Positions 36,742 to 56,362 of a stretch of 64,000 nucleotides of DNA are shown one piece after another. The DNA lies in NCBI RefSeq assembly GCF_009914755.1, contig NC_060941.1, one strand, 5' to 3'. Position numbers and translations under genes: made by a program. The DNA comes from the human T2T-CHM13v2.0 reference genome, Homo sapiens. How positions within the stretch are numbered: position 1 is the first letter of the stretch; each line of letters starts with the position of its first letter. The notes below the pieces were generated by a model. That model saw only the letters and a program-made list of their open reading frames with translations. It did no database searches and had not been told where the DNA came from.

Positions 36742-37234
36742 CTGTTTGCCTCCCTTTTCTGATCAGCTTCCTCTGCTCACCTTTCATTTCTCCTTCCTCA
36801 TAACTTCAGCTTGCATTTGGTCTCAGCTTCCTGTGGCCCTGACTTTATCTGACTCAAGTTGGCATTTGTGAAGGTAATAATCTAACAAGCTCCTCTCCGT
36901 TTTTCAGATCCACATCATGGTCCTATCATGTGGGGAACTGGCCTCTGGTCCAATGAGCAAAGATGGGTCCCACAAAATGTAGTTGCTTGGAGAGCAGGGC
37001 CTGACAGAAGGGGTGGGGAGGAGAGTGGCAGGCACTGAGGCCTCTCCTATTCTATTAATGAGCAAAGTGCCTTTTATTTTTGCCTCTCTTTGCTCCTGAA
37101 TAATTTTTCTCATCCTTCATTTTAGGAAAGCCACTTATCTTCTTGATGCTTAGGGTTTCTAGAGACAAGGGATGTTGAAGCTGGAAGGAACTTCATAGCT
37201 CATCTTGGTCAGATCCCAGCATGTGCTCTGTATA

Positions 37235-37386
37235 ACACTAGGCTCAAAAGATGCTTCATGAGAAAAAAAATCAAGATATTCCAGCATTTTCTTTGGATTT
37301 AAACTCACACCAGGCTCAAAAGATGCTTCATGAGAAAAAAAATCAAGATATTCCAGCATTTTCTTTGGATCTCAGCTCACACCAGG
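37235..37386. repeat. 72-bp tandem duplication, 2 copies
   Basis: AGGCTCAAAAGATGCTTCATGAGAAAAAAAATCAAGATATTCCAGCATTTTCTTTGGAT at 37240 and 37312. Confidence 0.95.
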
Positions 37387-37661
37387 AGCATACTTCTCAG
37401 TGGTTCAATTTGCTTGGCAGGATCTCTGGTCTTCTGCTTGGATGGATCTCTGCAGGGTCCAGCGTCCTCTAAATTGGAGGCTCTGAATCAGGGATTCCTG
37501 AAAAGGCACAAGAGAGGCCCAAGCATGAACCTCTTGAAATTGTTTGCAAACTTCAGTCAGTGTTGTGTACATGTGCATGTGTGTGTGTTCCTGAGTGTCC
37601 ATATCTTTCATCAGATTCTTACAGGTAAATATCACCCGAGAGAATGGATAAGAACCACTGC

Positions 37662-37949
37662 TTTTTTTTTTTTTTTGAGACAGAGTCTCACTCTGTCACC
37701 CAGGCTGGAATGCAGTGGCTCAGTCTTGGCTCACTGCAGCCTCTGGGTTCAAGTGATTCTTGTGCCTCAGCCTCCTGAGTAGCTGGGATTACAGGTTGCT
37801 CCACCATGCTGATTGATTTCTGTATTTTTAATAGAGATAGGGTTTTGCCATGTTGGCCAGGCTGGTCTTGAACTCCTGACTTCAAGTGATTCACCCGCTT
37901 GGGCCTCCCAAAGTGCTGGAATTATAGGCGTGAGCCATCACACCCAGCC
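37662..37949 (-). mobile_element. Alu
   Basis: TSD aagaaccactgcttt. Confidence 0.92.
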
Positions 37950-38319
37950 AAGAACCACTGCTTTAAAGGGACATTGGTTGACTGTGCCTTCCTAAGGTAA
38001 AGGCCTTCTTGTTTTCTTCCAACTTAAACATTTTATCTGCTACACTCAATAACCATCGAGTATGTTTAAGAGAAAGTGCTTTATATAACAAAGCAGAAAG
38101 GCTCTTGATAATAACTTAGAGGCTTCATCCTTGCATTTTTCTCAAGATGAAAACGCTAACATAATGAGCTGTCAAGGTAGGTTCATCAATTGTAACAAAT
38201 GGGCCACTCCAGTGGAGGATGTTGATCATGGGGGAGGCTGTGCGTGCGTGGGGAGAGGGGATATATGACGTGTCCCTATACCTTCCGCTCAATTGTGCTG
38301 TGAACCTAAAACTGCTCTA

Positions 38320-38695
<376 letters not shown>

Positions 38696-39119
38696 TCATC
38701 CAGACAGCTAGCCCGGTGAGGACTACAACCTTCCTCTCCTCCTTCTTCACTTCTTTGCTCTCTCTTTTTAAACCCACATCTTAGCAATTCCTCTGCTATT
38801 GGGTCATTAAATCGCCACCTCTAATTTTTTTTTCTAAGCATTTATTGAGGGCCAAGCACTGTGTTACACATCTCCTCATTAAAATGGTATAGCAACCTTT
38901 TCTGGTCGATATTATGATCCCATTTTTCAATTTTTACTTTTGAGTGAAGGACATTGATTCTTAGAGATTGTAAGGAACTTGCCCAAGGCTGCCGGCTGGT
39001 TAGTGGCAGAGCTGGGATGGGAAAGTCCGTATTTTCCACCGCGCTGTATTAGTGAGGGCTCTTTGTGTCACTTCTGTGCATAACTCCGCCCCAAGTTAAA
39101 AGGCTCGCTGCTCTCGACA

Positions 39120-39514
39120 GGTCCTCCTCCTCCTCCCACCAGGTCCTCCTCCTCCTCCCGCCAGGTCCTCCTCCTCCTTCTCCTCCCGGGGCCCTGCCCT
39201 GCGGGTCTCACCTGCTGCTCCGCGGGGTCCCGGCGGGGGCCGGATAGCGCCCCCTGGCGGCAGGTGGGCGCCCGCGCAGCGCATGCTAATGAGCCCGCGG
39301 CGCCGCTCGCGGATTGGCTGGCGCGGATTCCAGCTGCTTTCCAAGTCAGCGGCGCCTAGTGAGAGTCAGGGGGGCCCGGCCCGCGCCCTCCCCGCCCAGC
39401 CGCCTCCCCGTCGACGCCCAGGGCTGGGGCGAGCCAGGCTGCCTTTCGAACTTGGGGGGCTTCTCCTCTTGTCTCCCACTGGTGCTCTGGCTGTGAATCC
39501 ATCCAGGGGCCAGG
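39120..39514 (+). promoter_or_regulatory. RGS9: RGS9 CpG-island promoter and 5' UTR
   Basis: CpG-rich; (CCT)n tract 39121-39186; CTCF-like GCGCCCCCTGGCGG 39247-39260; NRF1-like GCGCATGC 39279-39286; reverse CCAAT (ATTGG) 39313-39317; GC box CCCCGCCC. Confidence 0.85.
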
Positions 39515-39571
39515 ATGACAATCCGACACCAAGGCCAGCAGTACAGGCCGAGGATGGCATTTCTCCAAAAG
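39515..39571 (+). CDS. RGS9: RGS9 coding exon 1 (MTIRHQGQQYRPRMAFLQK)
   Basis: ATG at 39515 with A at -3; 19 codons; phase-0 donor AAG|GTAACC; peptide recognised as the RGS9 N-terminus; lies in a CpG island. Confidence 0.97.
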
Positions 39572-40894
39572 GTAACCCTGGCCCCTCACCTGGACCCTGG
39601 GAGGAGGGCGGGGGACCGCATCTGCGAAGCGTCCGAGGACAAGAGGGGCAGGAGTGGAGGGCACCCCTTTGGGTCGATTTGTGCTGCTCGATTTTATTAA
39701 GTGACTTCTTTGCTGTGTGTGTCGATATTGATGGCTATAATAATTAGGTTTTCGTGTGCCCTGCCTGTAGTGGAGAATCTGAAGCCAGCGCTGATGGTCT
39801 GCGGGAGGTGAAAACAACCTGTTACTCGGGAGAGGCAGGTTCAGTTCAGGCTGTGGCAGATTTGAGACAGCCTGCTGATATTGTTGTAAGACGACCAGAT
39901 GTGACATTGCCATTTTTGCCTTTTTTTTCTGATCCCAAACTGCACTATTTTAAAGTGTGTGTGTGTGTACACATAGACCATGAAAACGGGGTGATTTGTA
40001 GGATAAAGGGCCACCCCATTTACAATGCCCTGAGAGCCCTCATTTGAGTGTGTCTATCTGTGCATCTCCTGCTGTCTGCGCTGGCGGCAGAAGTCCCAAC
40101 CTTTTCGCTTCCCTTGCGAATGCTTTCCCAGACAAAGTGACCGGGCACAGGGTGTGCACACAGGATGGACATGTGGGAGGTGGAATGCACCTGTGGGGTG
40201 ATGTGTTTGGGGACAAAGTGGTTCATTTAGTTCTGAGCTTCTGGTATAATCACTGTCCGATGAGATCTACAGAGGATTAGGTCCCGGGTCACATCTTTGT
40301 CCTTCCTCCCACCCGTAGCCACTTTTCACAGCGTAGTGTCCATCTTCTTAGGCTTATCTTGTTGAGTAGAATTAGTTGAATGTTTTGTGACAAGCTGAGC
40401 TCTCCCTGAGCCCCTGGAGCTCAGCAAATTTGTATAGTCAGTGACCGCTGTCCTGATTTGCCCAGGACTTTCAATGCTAAAACCTGGACAGTCCTGGGGA
40501 CCCCGAGACGGTCGCATTTGGTCCACCTGTTTCAAGATGCTCGTGCTCATCTTCCGGGTAGCAGAGGTGTGGGTATCATCTGTAAAGCAGACAGGCTGAA
40601 TGTTGTCTCACTCAGAAAGAACCCTGAGAGCCTGTATTGCAGATACCAGTTACTAAAAGCAGAAGAAACTGCCTAAGTCGGCTATCTCAAAGCCACACAT
40701 CATCTTCCAGGATTTATCCTAGGACTGTCTCCTCCCAGGCAGGACAGCTCTGGCTTGGGGGCTCAGAGGGTAATTGTCAAGAGATAAATTCAGTTTGTTT
40801 ATTGAATCTCTGGCATTCTTTTCCATCATGACTCTTCTCTGGTAGATTCTCCTCTCCTTACCTTGGTCTTCTGACTAGTGTCTTGGTCTCTAGT

Positions 40895-41330
40895 TTCTCT
40901 CCTCCACCCCAGGCTTCCCTCCTCCTCCCCAGCCACCCCTCCTTCACCCCGGCATCCCCTCCTACATCCTAGCCTCCCCTCCTCCACCCCAGCATCCCCT
41001 CCTCCACCCAAACTCTCCCTCCTCCACCTTAGTCTCCCTTCCTCCACCCTGACCTCTCCCTCCTCCATTCCAGCTCCCCTCCTCCACCCTAACCTCTCCC
41101 TCTTCCATTCCAGCTCCCCTCCTCCACCCCAGCTCTCCCCCATCCACCCCACCTTTCCCTCCTCCACCCCAGGTCCTCTTCCTCCACCCTGTCTTCCCCT
41201 TCCTCTACCCCATCCTCCTCCTCCTCCCCAGCCTTCTCCTCCTCCATCCTAACTTACCTCTCCTCTACCCTAACCTCCCCCTCCTGCATCCCAGCTCCCC
41301 CTCTTCCACCCCAGTCTCCCCTCCTCCATG
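40895..41330. repeat. Degenerate C-rich minisatellite, ~20-23 bp unit with CCCTCCTCCACCCC core
   Basis: Many imperfect tandem units; strong pyrimidine bias on + strand. Confidence 0.85.
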
Positions 41331-42568
41331 ACAGCTTTCCTACACACACTGTTTTTTTCCCCCAAATCAATGGTGACCTCCTTGACCTGAAACGCTCCAC
41401 TGGCTTCCCACATTCCCAGCATAAAGTCCAACCTTCCCCTGAGCAGCCTGGTTACCCAGGATTCCGCTCCCACCATCTTCCTGGCTTTGCCTCCTGCCTG
41501 CCTTACACACCTGCCCTCTGGGAAACAACAAAGCAGCCACAGGCACCCCTGGGCTCCTGCCTCAAACACTTCCTTCCTTTTTAGGAACCCGGTGCCCTTT
41601 CATGCCTCAGGGTCCGTCTGCTGGGAAAGTCCTTTCTCCCCCTCTCGCTTGCCAAGCTCCACTTCTCTTCCCATGCCCAGCTCAGTCACCCCTCGGCTGT
41701 GAAGGCTGGTTCTCCTAATGCCCCTGGGCAGGACAGCTCCCTTCTCTGTGCACTACAGACCTTGCCACACCTCCAGCATTGCTCTTTCCCTAGACCTTGT
41801 GCTGGCAAGGGCCCTGTCTATGTATCCTCTATATCTATGTATGTATTGGTCATGTCACAGAGCTCCTTGGAGCAGCAGACAGAATAAAGGTCTGCAGAAC
41901 AGGTCTCAAGAGCCCATGCCAGGCGATCCTTAATGAAGAACCAGCTACATTCGATGTTCAGCTTTCTGGAGAAGGGCCTGGAACAAAAAAATGTGGACCT
42001 GGGTGCAACTGTCACTCATCACTCGTTCCATGCATGTGATGAAGTACACTGTGTCCGTGATGGTGTGGAGGGGTGGGCATTATGTGCATTATCTCATCTA
42101 TTTCATTAGCTGGAGGTTATGGCCACCATTTTACAGAGAAGAAAGCTGAGGCTCAGAGAGGCTAAGCGGCTTGCCAGTCACGCAGCACTAGGTGGTGAAA
42201 CCAAGAAGAAATACAGGAGTGGTCGTTGTCTGTCACAAGTTGTGGTGCAATGCCCTGAGCTTTCCCATGACGTAGGGCAGAGTGTGGAGGCTGTGGGAAA
42301 GCCTGGCTCAGTGTGCTTAGGGACACAGAGCTGAGACCTGAAGGATACATAGGGTTTCCAGGCAGAAAGGGAAAGATGTTTCAGGCAGAGGGAACAGTTT
42401 ACGCACAGAGGCATGGGAAAGCTAGTGGGTTTGGGGCCATGTTCTGTAATGGATGGATTTTGAAGTGCAAGGGGAGTGGGAAGCTGGAAAGGAAAGGCAG
42501 AGGTAGTGGGTGCCTATGGGCCTTCAAGACCTTTTAAAGGTTTGGTTTTATCTCATACGGAGCCACTA

Positions 42569-42991
<423 letters not shown>

Positions 42992-44009
42992 TCACTCAGG
43001 ATCCTCCTGTGCCCCTGCAGCTCCAACCTCTTGAGAAATGACAACTGTCATGGGGCCATGGAGAGCCATACTGGTCAGAAAGGACCGTGTGCGATTCCCG
43101 AGGTTCTCACACCCATGCCTCCATCTCAGTCTCAATGCAGCTGTGGGTCGGGATGCCCGCCGGCCATGCTGCTTCCCACCTCTGATGCCTGGGCTCGTTT
43201 CAGATGTGGTAGAAAGAGGCAGAAGGCCCATCTGTTCATGGCTTTGCTGGGGAATTAGCTGATGGCACACAGTGGACAGATGAACACAGGTGGGTGGCCT
43301 CCTGTGGTTCCAGCACCCATGGACTCTTGTTCTGGGGATGGCCCATTCCCCTCTGCAATTACCAGATCACCATCCCAGCCAGTACCACCACCGCCCTTGG
43401 GATTCACCATGGGCGAATTTCTTGGACTTTCTTGGAGAAGCCTTCTGGTGACAGCTTTGTTTTCCTGTGCGGCTTCTGGCATCTCTTTTTGCCTGAGAAA
43501 GGAATGCAGAAGCAGAAATATTGAGGATATCCAGGCCGAGTTTGGTATCTCTTGCTTGTAACATTCTTTCATTCAATACAGACATATAATTGGGTACTTA
43601 TGGGCTAGATGCTGTGCCAGGTGCTGGGAGCACCAAGGAGCTTAGAGTCTAGTGGAGAAAGACAGATGTATAAACAAGGAGACAAGAAGTGTTCCATAGG
43701 CTGTGGCAGACATTGTTGGAGGATACATGTGACACCAAGCAGGGAGTGGTCAGTTCTACCTGGGGTCAGGGGGGATCAGGACAGATTTTACAAGGGGGCT
43801 TGCAATGGAGTCGAATTATAAAAAGTCAGTAGTTTTTGGCCAGGAGGTTGAGGAAATGAGTGACATTTTAGGCAATACAAAACAGGGACATGTGAAGTAG
43901 CATGGTGGTTTGGGAGATTGCCTGCGGGTTGGGAGAGCTGGCCCCAAGTGTACAGGAAGTGAGTTTGGCGTTGATGGAGAAGACTGGTAGGTAAGAAAGG
44001 CCCAGATCT

Positions 44010-45090
<1,081 letters not shown>

Positions 45091-45154
45091 TAACCATTGC
45101 TCTTTTTGAAAAGTTTTCCAGGTGGTTTGAATGTGCAGTCAGGATGAGAGCCTC

Positions 45155-45342
45155 TGGGGACATTTGGCAATGTCTAAATACATTTTAGGTTGTCATAACT
45201 GGGGGTGCTCCTGGCATCTAGTGGGTGGAGGACATGAATGCTGCTAAACATCCTACAACACACAGGACAGCCGCCCTCACCAACCCCCAAAGAATGATCC
45301 AGCTCCAAGCGTTGATGGGGCCACTGTTGAGAGCCCTGGGCT
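45155..45342. mobile_element. MER20-like DNA transposon
   Basis: GGGACATTTGGCAATGTCT...GGCATCTAGTGGGTGGAG...GCTGCTAAACATCCTACAA. Confidence 0.75.
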
Positions 45343-45477
45343 AAGGAGCACCCCGGAGGCTGGAGACAGATGCCAGCTCAAAGGCAGAACCTGATAGTCC
45401 AGGAAGGGGGTTAGAAGATGTTCCACGGAGGCAGGATTGAGTGGGCAGAGAAGAGATGTGTTGAAAACAAAAGCAGT

Positions 45478-45986
<509 letters not shown>

Positions 45987-46844
45987 GGAAACAAAAGCAG
46001 ATTCAACAAAAGTTGGCCACATCTTGGCTGGGGTCACCTGGAACGATTCCCAGGCTTTTGAATCGGTGGGAAGAGCAGATTTTGGAGAAAGACTACCGAG
46101 CACTGGTTAGGGCATGGTGCCTCATGAGTGTCTGAGCGTCTGCGAGACATCGGGTGAGACAGCGGGAGGGTGGCTGGACTCTGTGTGGCCAGGCTTATTA
46201 GCAGGAGTACATCCTCCTCTGTTAGAAAAACAACTCTGCGGTTCTGGGTCACTTTTCCCATCTTTGTATAGAAAAGTACCGATTATTATTGTTCCCCCGG
46301 GTGCCTTCTCCAGCTTAAAGGAAAATTCCAGCCCCAGAGATCTTCCGCAGTGAGTGACAGCTCCTTAATGTGAGGAGCAGCGTGGGCGTGGTGGGTGGGA
46401 TGTCAGAGCCATCAAAGCCCTCATTTCTGATCCCTCTGTGATGTCGGGGTTCCCTGGCACGCCCACTGTCATGCCTCAGCACATTGGCATCTGAGAGAGG
46501 AAAGGTGCAGCTGACACCCTGACCCCCTTCTCCCCGACACGGGGTCAGACAGGGTCCCGCGGTGGCCTGGTTGTGCAGCACTGACATGTTGCCTGGGAAC
46601 GAAGTGGGGCTGATGCTTTGTCTTGGGAGGAGCTGGGAAGCAGAGTCTGTTTGGGAGTGAGAGTGTTGGCCTTTGAGGGTGAGCATGCCCCCAAGGACAC
46701 AAGGAGGAGAGTGCAAGGTCTGCTGAAGTTTGCAGCAGAATAGCAAGGGCATCTCACTCCCTGGAGAACTTGGGAAACAGTTCAGATTCTCTCCCCTCTG
46801 TGCAGGGGAAGGGATGTTTCTGATTGAATATAGGACACAGAGTC

Positions 46845-47838
<994 letters not shown>

Positions 47839-48343
47839 GCTAGAGTTCTGTGGTTTCCTGGGGAGACTGAGGAGACGCCTCAGAGGAATTTGTACGGGGA
47901 AAGGTCTGAGGAAAAAGGATTGGGATCCCAATGGGCCGAACTCCCTCAAAATGTTCCCGAGGTCCACGTGACGTTCCCTCCTCCCACCCAGCCCTTCTTT
48001 CTGTGAAGGGTGACACACCTCCTAGAAAGAAATCTGACTCCCCTCATTGTGTTTTTAAAATAACTCTCATTATTCCTCCTCTGAAGGTTATTTTCAAACT
48101 CTTTATAACTCTATTTTTTTTTAAATGCAAAGACAAGGAATCAAATCTGCCAACTTTCTATCGGAGAAACTCGGGTTTCTAACTTTTAAAGTGGGATTAT
48201 ATGTCTTCTCCAATATATGGGCTCCCTGCTTTTATAACATGCTGCTGTTACATCTAATAAAAACCATTTTGAATGAAGGCAGCCTTTCATCCGGCAGCTA
48301 ATGTGGGAAAAAGGAGTCTTGGGCCCTCATATTAGAAAATCTT

Positions 48344-48942
<599 letters not shown>

Positions 48943-49004
48943 GAAAATCAGGCACTTCTTGGGTACCATGGAGACCTGAGGTCACAGTTAGTGGAGAACT
49001 CCAG

Positions 49005-49557
49005 AAGGAGTCACTCCTGCAGCCTGTTGCCTCCTCAGTTCCCTGGGCCACCCCCAGGAGCAGCAGCTGTACCTCCCAGTGCCCCGCAAACACCCTCCTG
49101 GCGTTGTCCCTTTGCTTCCCTCATTGCTGCTGGACCTACAGCTGACCCAGTGACCTCAGATGCTGCCAAGTCCTGACACTGCAGATGGCCAAGGACTATG
49201 GCTCTGAGTCAAACCAAAATAAGTATTTTCTGTTCCAAAACAATTCTGTGAGCCGAGAATGTGTCCGTGCAGAGGAAGCTGACAGTCAGTCTTGCACCAG
49301 GAGTCCCTGGAGCTGCCTGGGTCTGCACGCTGGCTGGCTGTGTGCTCAGAGTGGCCTCAGCTGTGTACCTGCCCTTGGCCCATTTCTTGAAATCGTGGTT
49401 CAGCTGCAAATGCTGGTTTAGCAATAAAGATTGAAATAGGGAATCTCACCCCTCAGCATCAAGTTAGGTCATGGTCCCACGCTCCTTGGGAAGGTGGGAG
49501 CTTCCCAGCTTCAGGCTGCCTGAGTGACAGGTGGCAGGTAGCATTTTTCCACTTCAG
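49005..49557. promoter_or_regulatory. Candidate RGS9 intron-1 enhancer, paralogous to 8431-9013
   Basis: Non-repeat block with 20-24 nt perfect matches to the upstream copy, in otherwise weakly conserved intron. Confidence 0.5.
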
Positions 49558-49616
49558 GACTCCCTTGAATGACCCGTCACCTTGAATGCACCTGGATCAT
49601 TCTCTCTCTCTTTTAA

Positions 49617-49927
<311 letters not shown>

Positions 49928-49937
49928 TCTCTTTAAA

Positions 49938-50590
49938 AAATTTTTATTTTATTGTGGTGAGAACATCTCACACGAGATCTACCCTTTCAAAACTTTAAGT
50001 GCACAATACAATATTGTTGATGAGGTACAATGTTGTACAGCAGATGTCTAGAATGTATTCATCTCATTTAACTGAAAGTTCTTTATGTCTGTTGAGTAGC
50101 AACTCCCCAGTTTCCCTTCTCTCTAACCCCTGGCAACCACTATTCTGATATTTGATCTATGAATCTGTCTATTCTAGGTACTTCATGTAAGTGGAATCGT
50201 GTGGTATTTGTCCTTCTGTGACCGGCCTATTTCACTTAGCATAATTAGCCCTAGGTTCATCCATTTGCTTGCATATTGCAGAATTTCCTTCTTTTCGAAA
50301 GCCAAACAATGTTCTTTTGTATGCATAGAACACATTTTCTTTGTTCATCTGACAGTGGACACTTAGGTTATTTCCACATTTTGGCTAACGTGTATAGTGC
50401 TGCAGTGAACATGGGAGTGCAGGTATCTTTTCCAGAGCCTGATTTCAATTCTTTTGGGTACATACCCAGAAGTGGTATTGTTGGATGCTGTGGTAGTTCT
50501 ATTTTTAATTTTTCTGATGAACCTCCATACTGTTTTCCACAGCAGATGCACCATTTTATATTTCTACCAACAGTGCACAGGGTTCCAATT
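49938..50590 (-). mobile_element. L1MA-like 3' end
   Basis: AACTTTAAGTGCACAATACAATATTGTT; ATACCCAGAAGTGGTATTGTTGGAT. Confidence 0.85.
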
Positions 50591-50769
50591 TCAATCTCTT
50601 TCCATTTCTGAATTAAGAAACCTGAGTCCTTCTTATACCACCCCTCCCTTGGAGTGCGGCCTGGTCCTCACCATCTAGGGAGATTCTGTTGGCCCTCTCT
50701 GCACTTTTTTTGGGATCATCTCAGCCAGTCTGCAGTTGCTATTTTTTTTGTGGGTAGGTGTGGGGAGGA

Positions 50770-51308
<539 letters not shown>

Positions 51309-52340
51309 TGATACTATTGCAAGTTCTATTTTACAGATAAATGAGTCCTAGTGAAATTTAGCAATTTACCAAAAGCCTCTAGCTTCTAAATTGGAGCAGA
51401 GATGTGAAACTGAACTTTCTCTGCATTCAGACTCCTAGCTTTCATATTAGTTAACTTTTCATTTTCATGTAACTGTCTGCTCAACTTTCTGAAGACTGGG
51501 TGTATGTCTTTTACCTTGTATCCTTGCAGTGCAGGGTTCTTAATACATGCTCAATAAATACCTATACTTATTTGGTTTGTTGACCTGGGTTTCTATTCCT
51601 GGGCACCTAAACACAACCCTGCATGCAAAGTTTCAAAATGTATTAGTATGAATGCTACTAATATTAATAATTCTAACCATAATAGTGAACATATGTCTCT
51701 CCTGATAAAGCATATATCTTCATGCATACATAACATATATCTCTCCTTATAGAGCATTTTACATAATTAAATTCTAAGGGATTATAAAGTCACAAATTAA
51801 TTAAATTCTAAGAGATTATAGAATTCTTTAGTAGTCCACATCATGGTCCCCATTTTATGGAGAGAAAGGAGATTCAGAGAGGTTAAGTGAGTTGCCCAAG
51901 ATCCTACAGTTAATAGAGAAAGAAAGTCCCATGGAGACTGAGTGCTTTTTCTTTGGACTGCAAGCAAGCACCTTCAGATCATGAAAGGATTTTGTAAATT
52001 GTAATGAGCCAGACAGTGTTGGGAGATGTTGTTTAATTCAGTGCCAGAAGACTAATGATGGTGTAAGCAAGGTGGCTAAATGGAGGGGAAGCAGGTAAAT
52101 GGATGAGATGTTTTACTTTGGGTAATGGCGGGAATGTGGACAGACTTGGTGTGAGAGCAGCCATCCACGTTGATGTCCAGCTGCACGCAGCAGCCCAGAC
52201 CTCAGGAGAGAGCCCTGGGCCAGGTGAAGGCAGGAAAGGGCTTTGTTTCCCGCTGCTGGTTCATGTTCTGTGCTTCTGCTTCTGTGGCCCTTCCACCTAG
52301 AACACCCTCACCCATGCTCCTTTTCTCTTTCTGCTTCCTA

Positions 52341-53409
<1,069 letters not shown>

Positions 53410-54569
53410 TTATTTCCATTTGATTTTTTCAAGTGGGAAATAATTTTTAATAATAAAAATGAAAAAAACAACTCTAAAGATAGTCAGGGCTGTCCCTGTG
53501 GCTGCCTTCCTGCAGTGCAGGCTTCCTTGGACAGTTTGTTGATTCTCTTTAGCTTCAACTCTCCCTGACATTCATGGCTCTAATTCATATCTCTGACCCT
53601 GTCTCTTCTGAACCTGGGGCAGTCATTTCCAATCACCTCCCAGACATTGTGGGAATCTCAGAAGCCCCTTACAGTCGACCTTCCAAGGCAGACACCTTTG
53701 CTTCCAGAAGTGGCTTCTTCTTTGCATTTTCTAGTTTGGTAACTGGTAACTCTGGTCTTATAAGTTATAAACCTTGGCATTATTCTGTGTCACCCTTAGT
53801 GAACCTTTCAATCACTTGCAAATGCAGTTTATTTTCGCTCTTCCAGGGCTCTGAAAGTCATGCCTCCTTACCATCTTCCTGGCCACTGCCTCATTTATTT
53901 ATTAATTCACACATCACTTGCTTACTGGGTACTATCTATGTGGCAGGCATGCTTCCTGACACTTGACATCCAGCAGCAAACAACAACAGAAAAAGACCCC
54001 CAGGAAGAGCTTGCTTTCCAGGAGCTAGGGGAGATGCACCACCGACAATGTATTAACTAGGTCAATTATTTTGTATGTTTGAAGACCACACATGCTCTTG
54101 AGAAACGGAGCAGGGCGTCAGGAGTGCCAAGGGTGGAGTTCAGGGTTGCAGCTTTAGGAATGGTCAGGGTGGGCCTCCTGAGACCATCAGAAGGGGAAGA
54201 AGGTGAGGAGGGAGCCAAGTTGGTCTCTTGCGAAGACTGGCCCAGGTAGAGGGAAGAGCCAGAACATGGGACCCGCCCAAGGCTGGCTGGGAGTGTCCTT
54301 GGTATGGCTGGGGGAAGGAAGGTGGCCAGTGTGGCTGGATCAGAGGGAGCCGGTGGGGAGTGGGTAAGAAAGAAGTCAGAGAGGAAGGAGGTCCCGAACA
54401 TGTAGACCAGTAGGGGAACTTTATCATTTACTTGGAGTCAAGTGGTCCTTGCAGTGGAACAGCCACGCAGAAGAGTGACATATTCTAAAATAATGGAAAG
54501 CCCATCTGGCTGCTCTGCTGAGAATACAAAGAGTGGGAGTGTTAAGGGTTGAAACGCTGTCATTTCTTT

Positions 54570-54860
<291 letters not shown>

Positions 54861-55233
54861 GTCACTGTCGTTTCTCACCTGGGCTGTATGCAATAGCTTT
54901 GAATAGGTCACTGCACTTTTTTCTACCTCTGCAAACTTCTTCACACTTCAGTGTTCTTCTCTCTGTCATGGGCCAAATTTCCAGAACGCTCTCTAGGAAC
55001 AGTCACTGGAATAAAATCCACACTGCAGGGGTGGCTTTGAGGTCCATGTGGTCTGGCCTCCACTGGCTTTTCCAGCTGCAACTCCTGCTGTTTTCTGTTC
55101 CACTAACCCTGGGAGCTGTCATCCTTCCATGCCTTTGCCCATGGTGTTCTATCACTTTCTGTTCAGCAAAATCCTTTCTTGTTAAGCTCCATCTTTCCTT
55201 AAAAGCCACCCCAGAATCTCCCAGTCAGGATGA

Positions 55234-55626
<393 letters not shown>

Positions 55627-55643
55627 TAAAAAACTTTATTTTT

Positions 55644-56362
<719 letters not shown>

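Noticed and set aside
39572-39700. Read-through of exon 1 into intron 1 (61-aa ORF, and the equivalent tail of the 139-aa ORF at 2704-3123)
   Set aside because: A strong GTAACC donor explains the exon end, and the read-through frames differ between the two copies.
40826-41252. Extensin-like Pro/Ser-rich ORF and Glu/Gly-rich antisense ORFs
   Set aside because: Translations of the C-rich minisatellite, with no splice or homology support.
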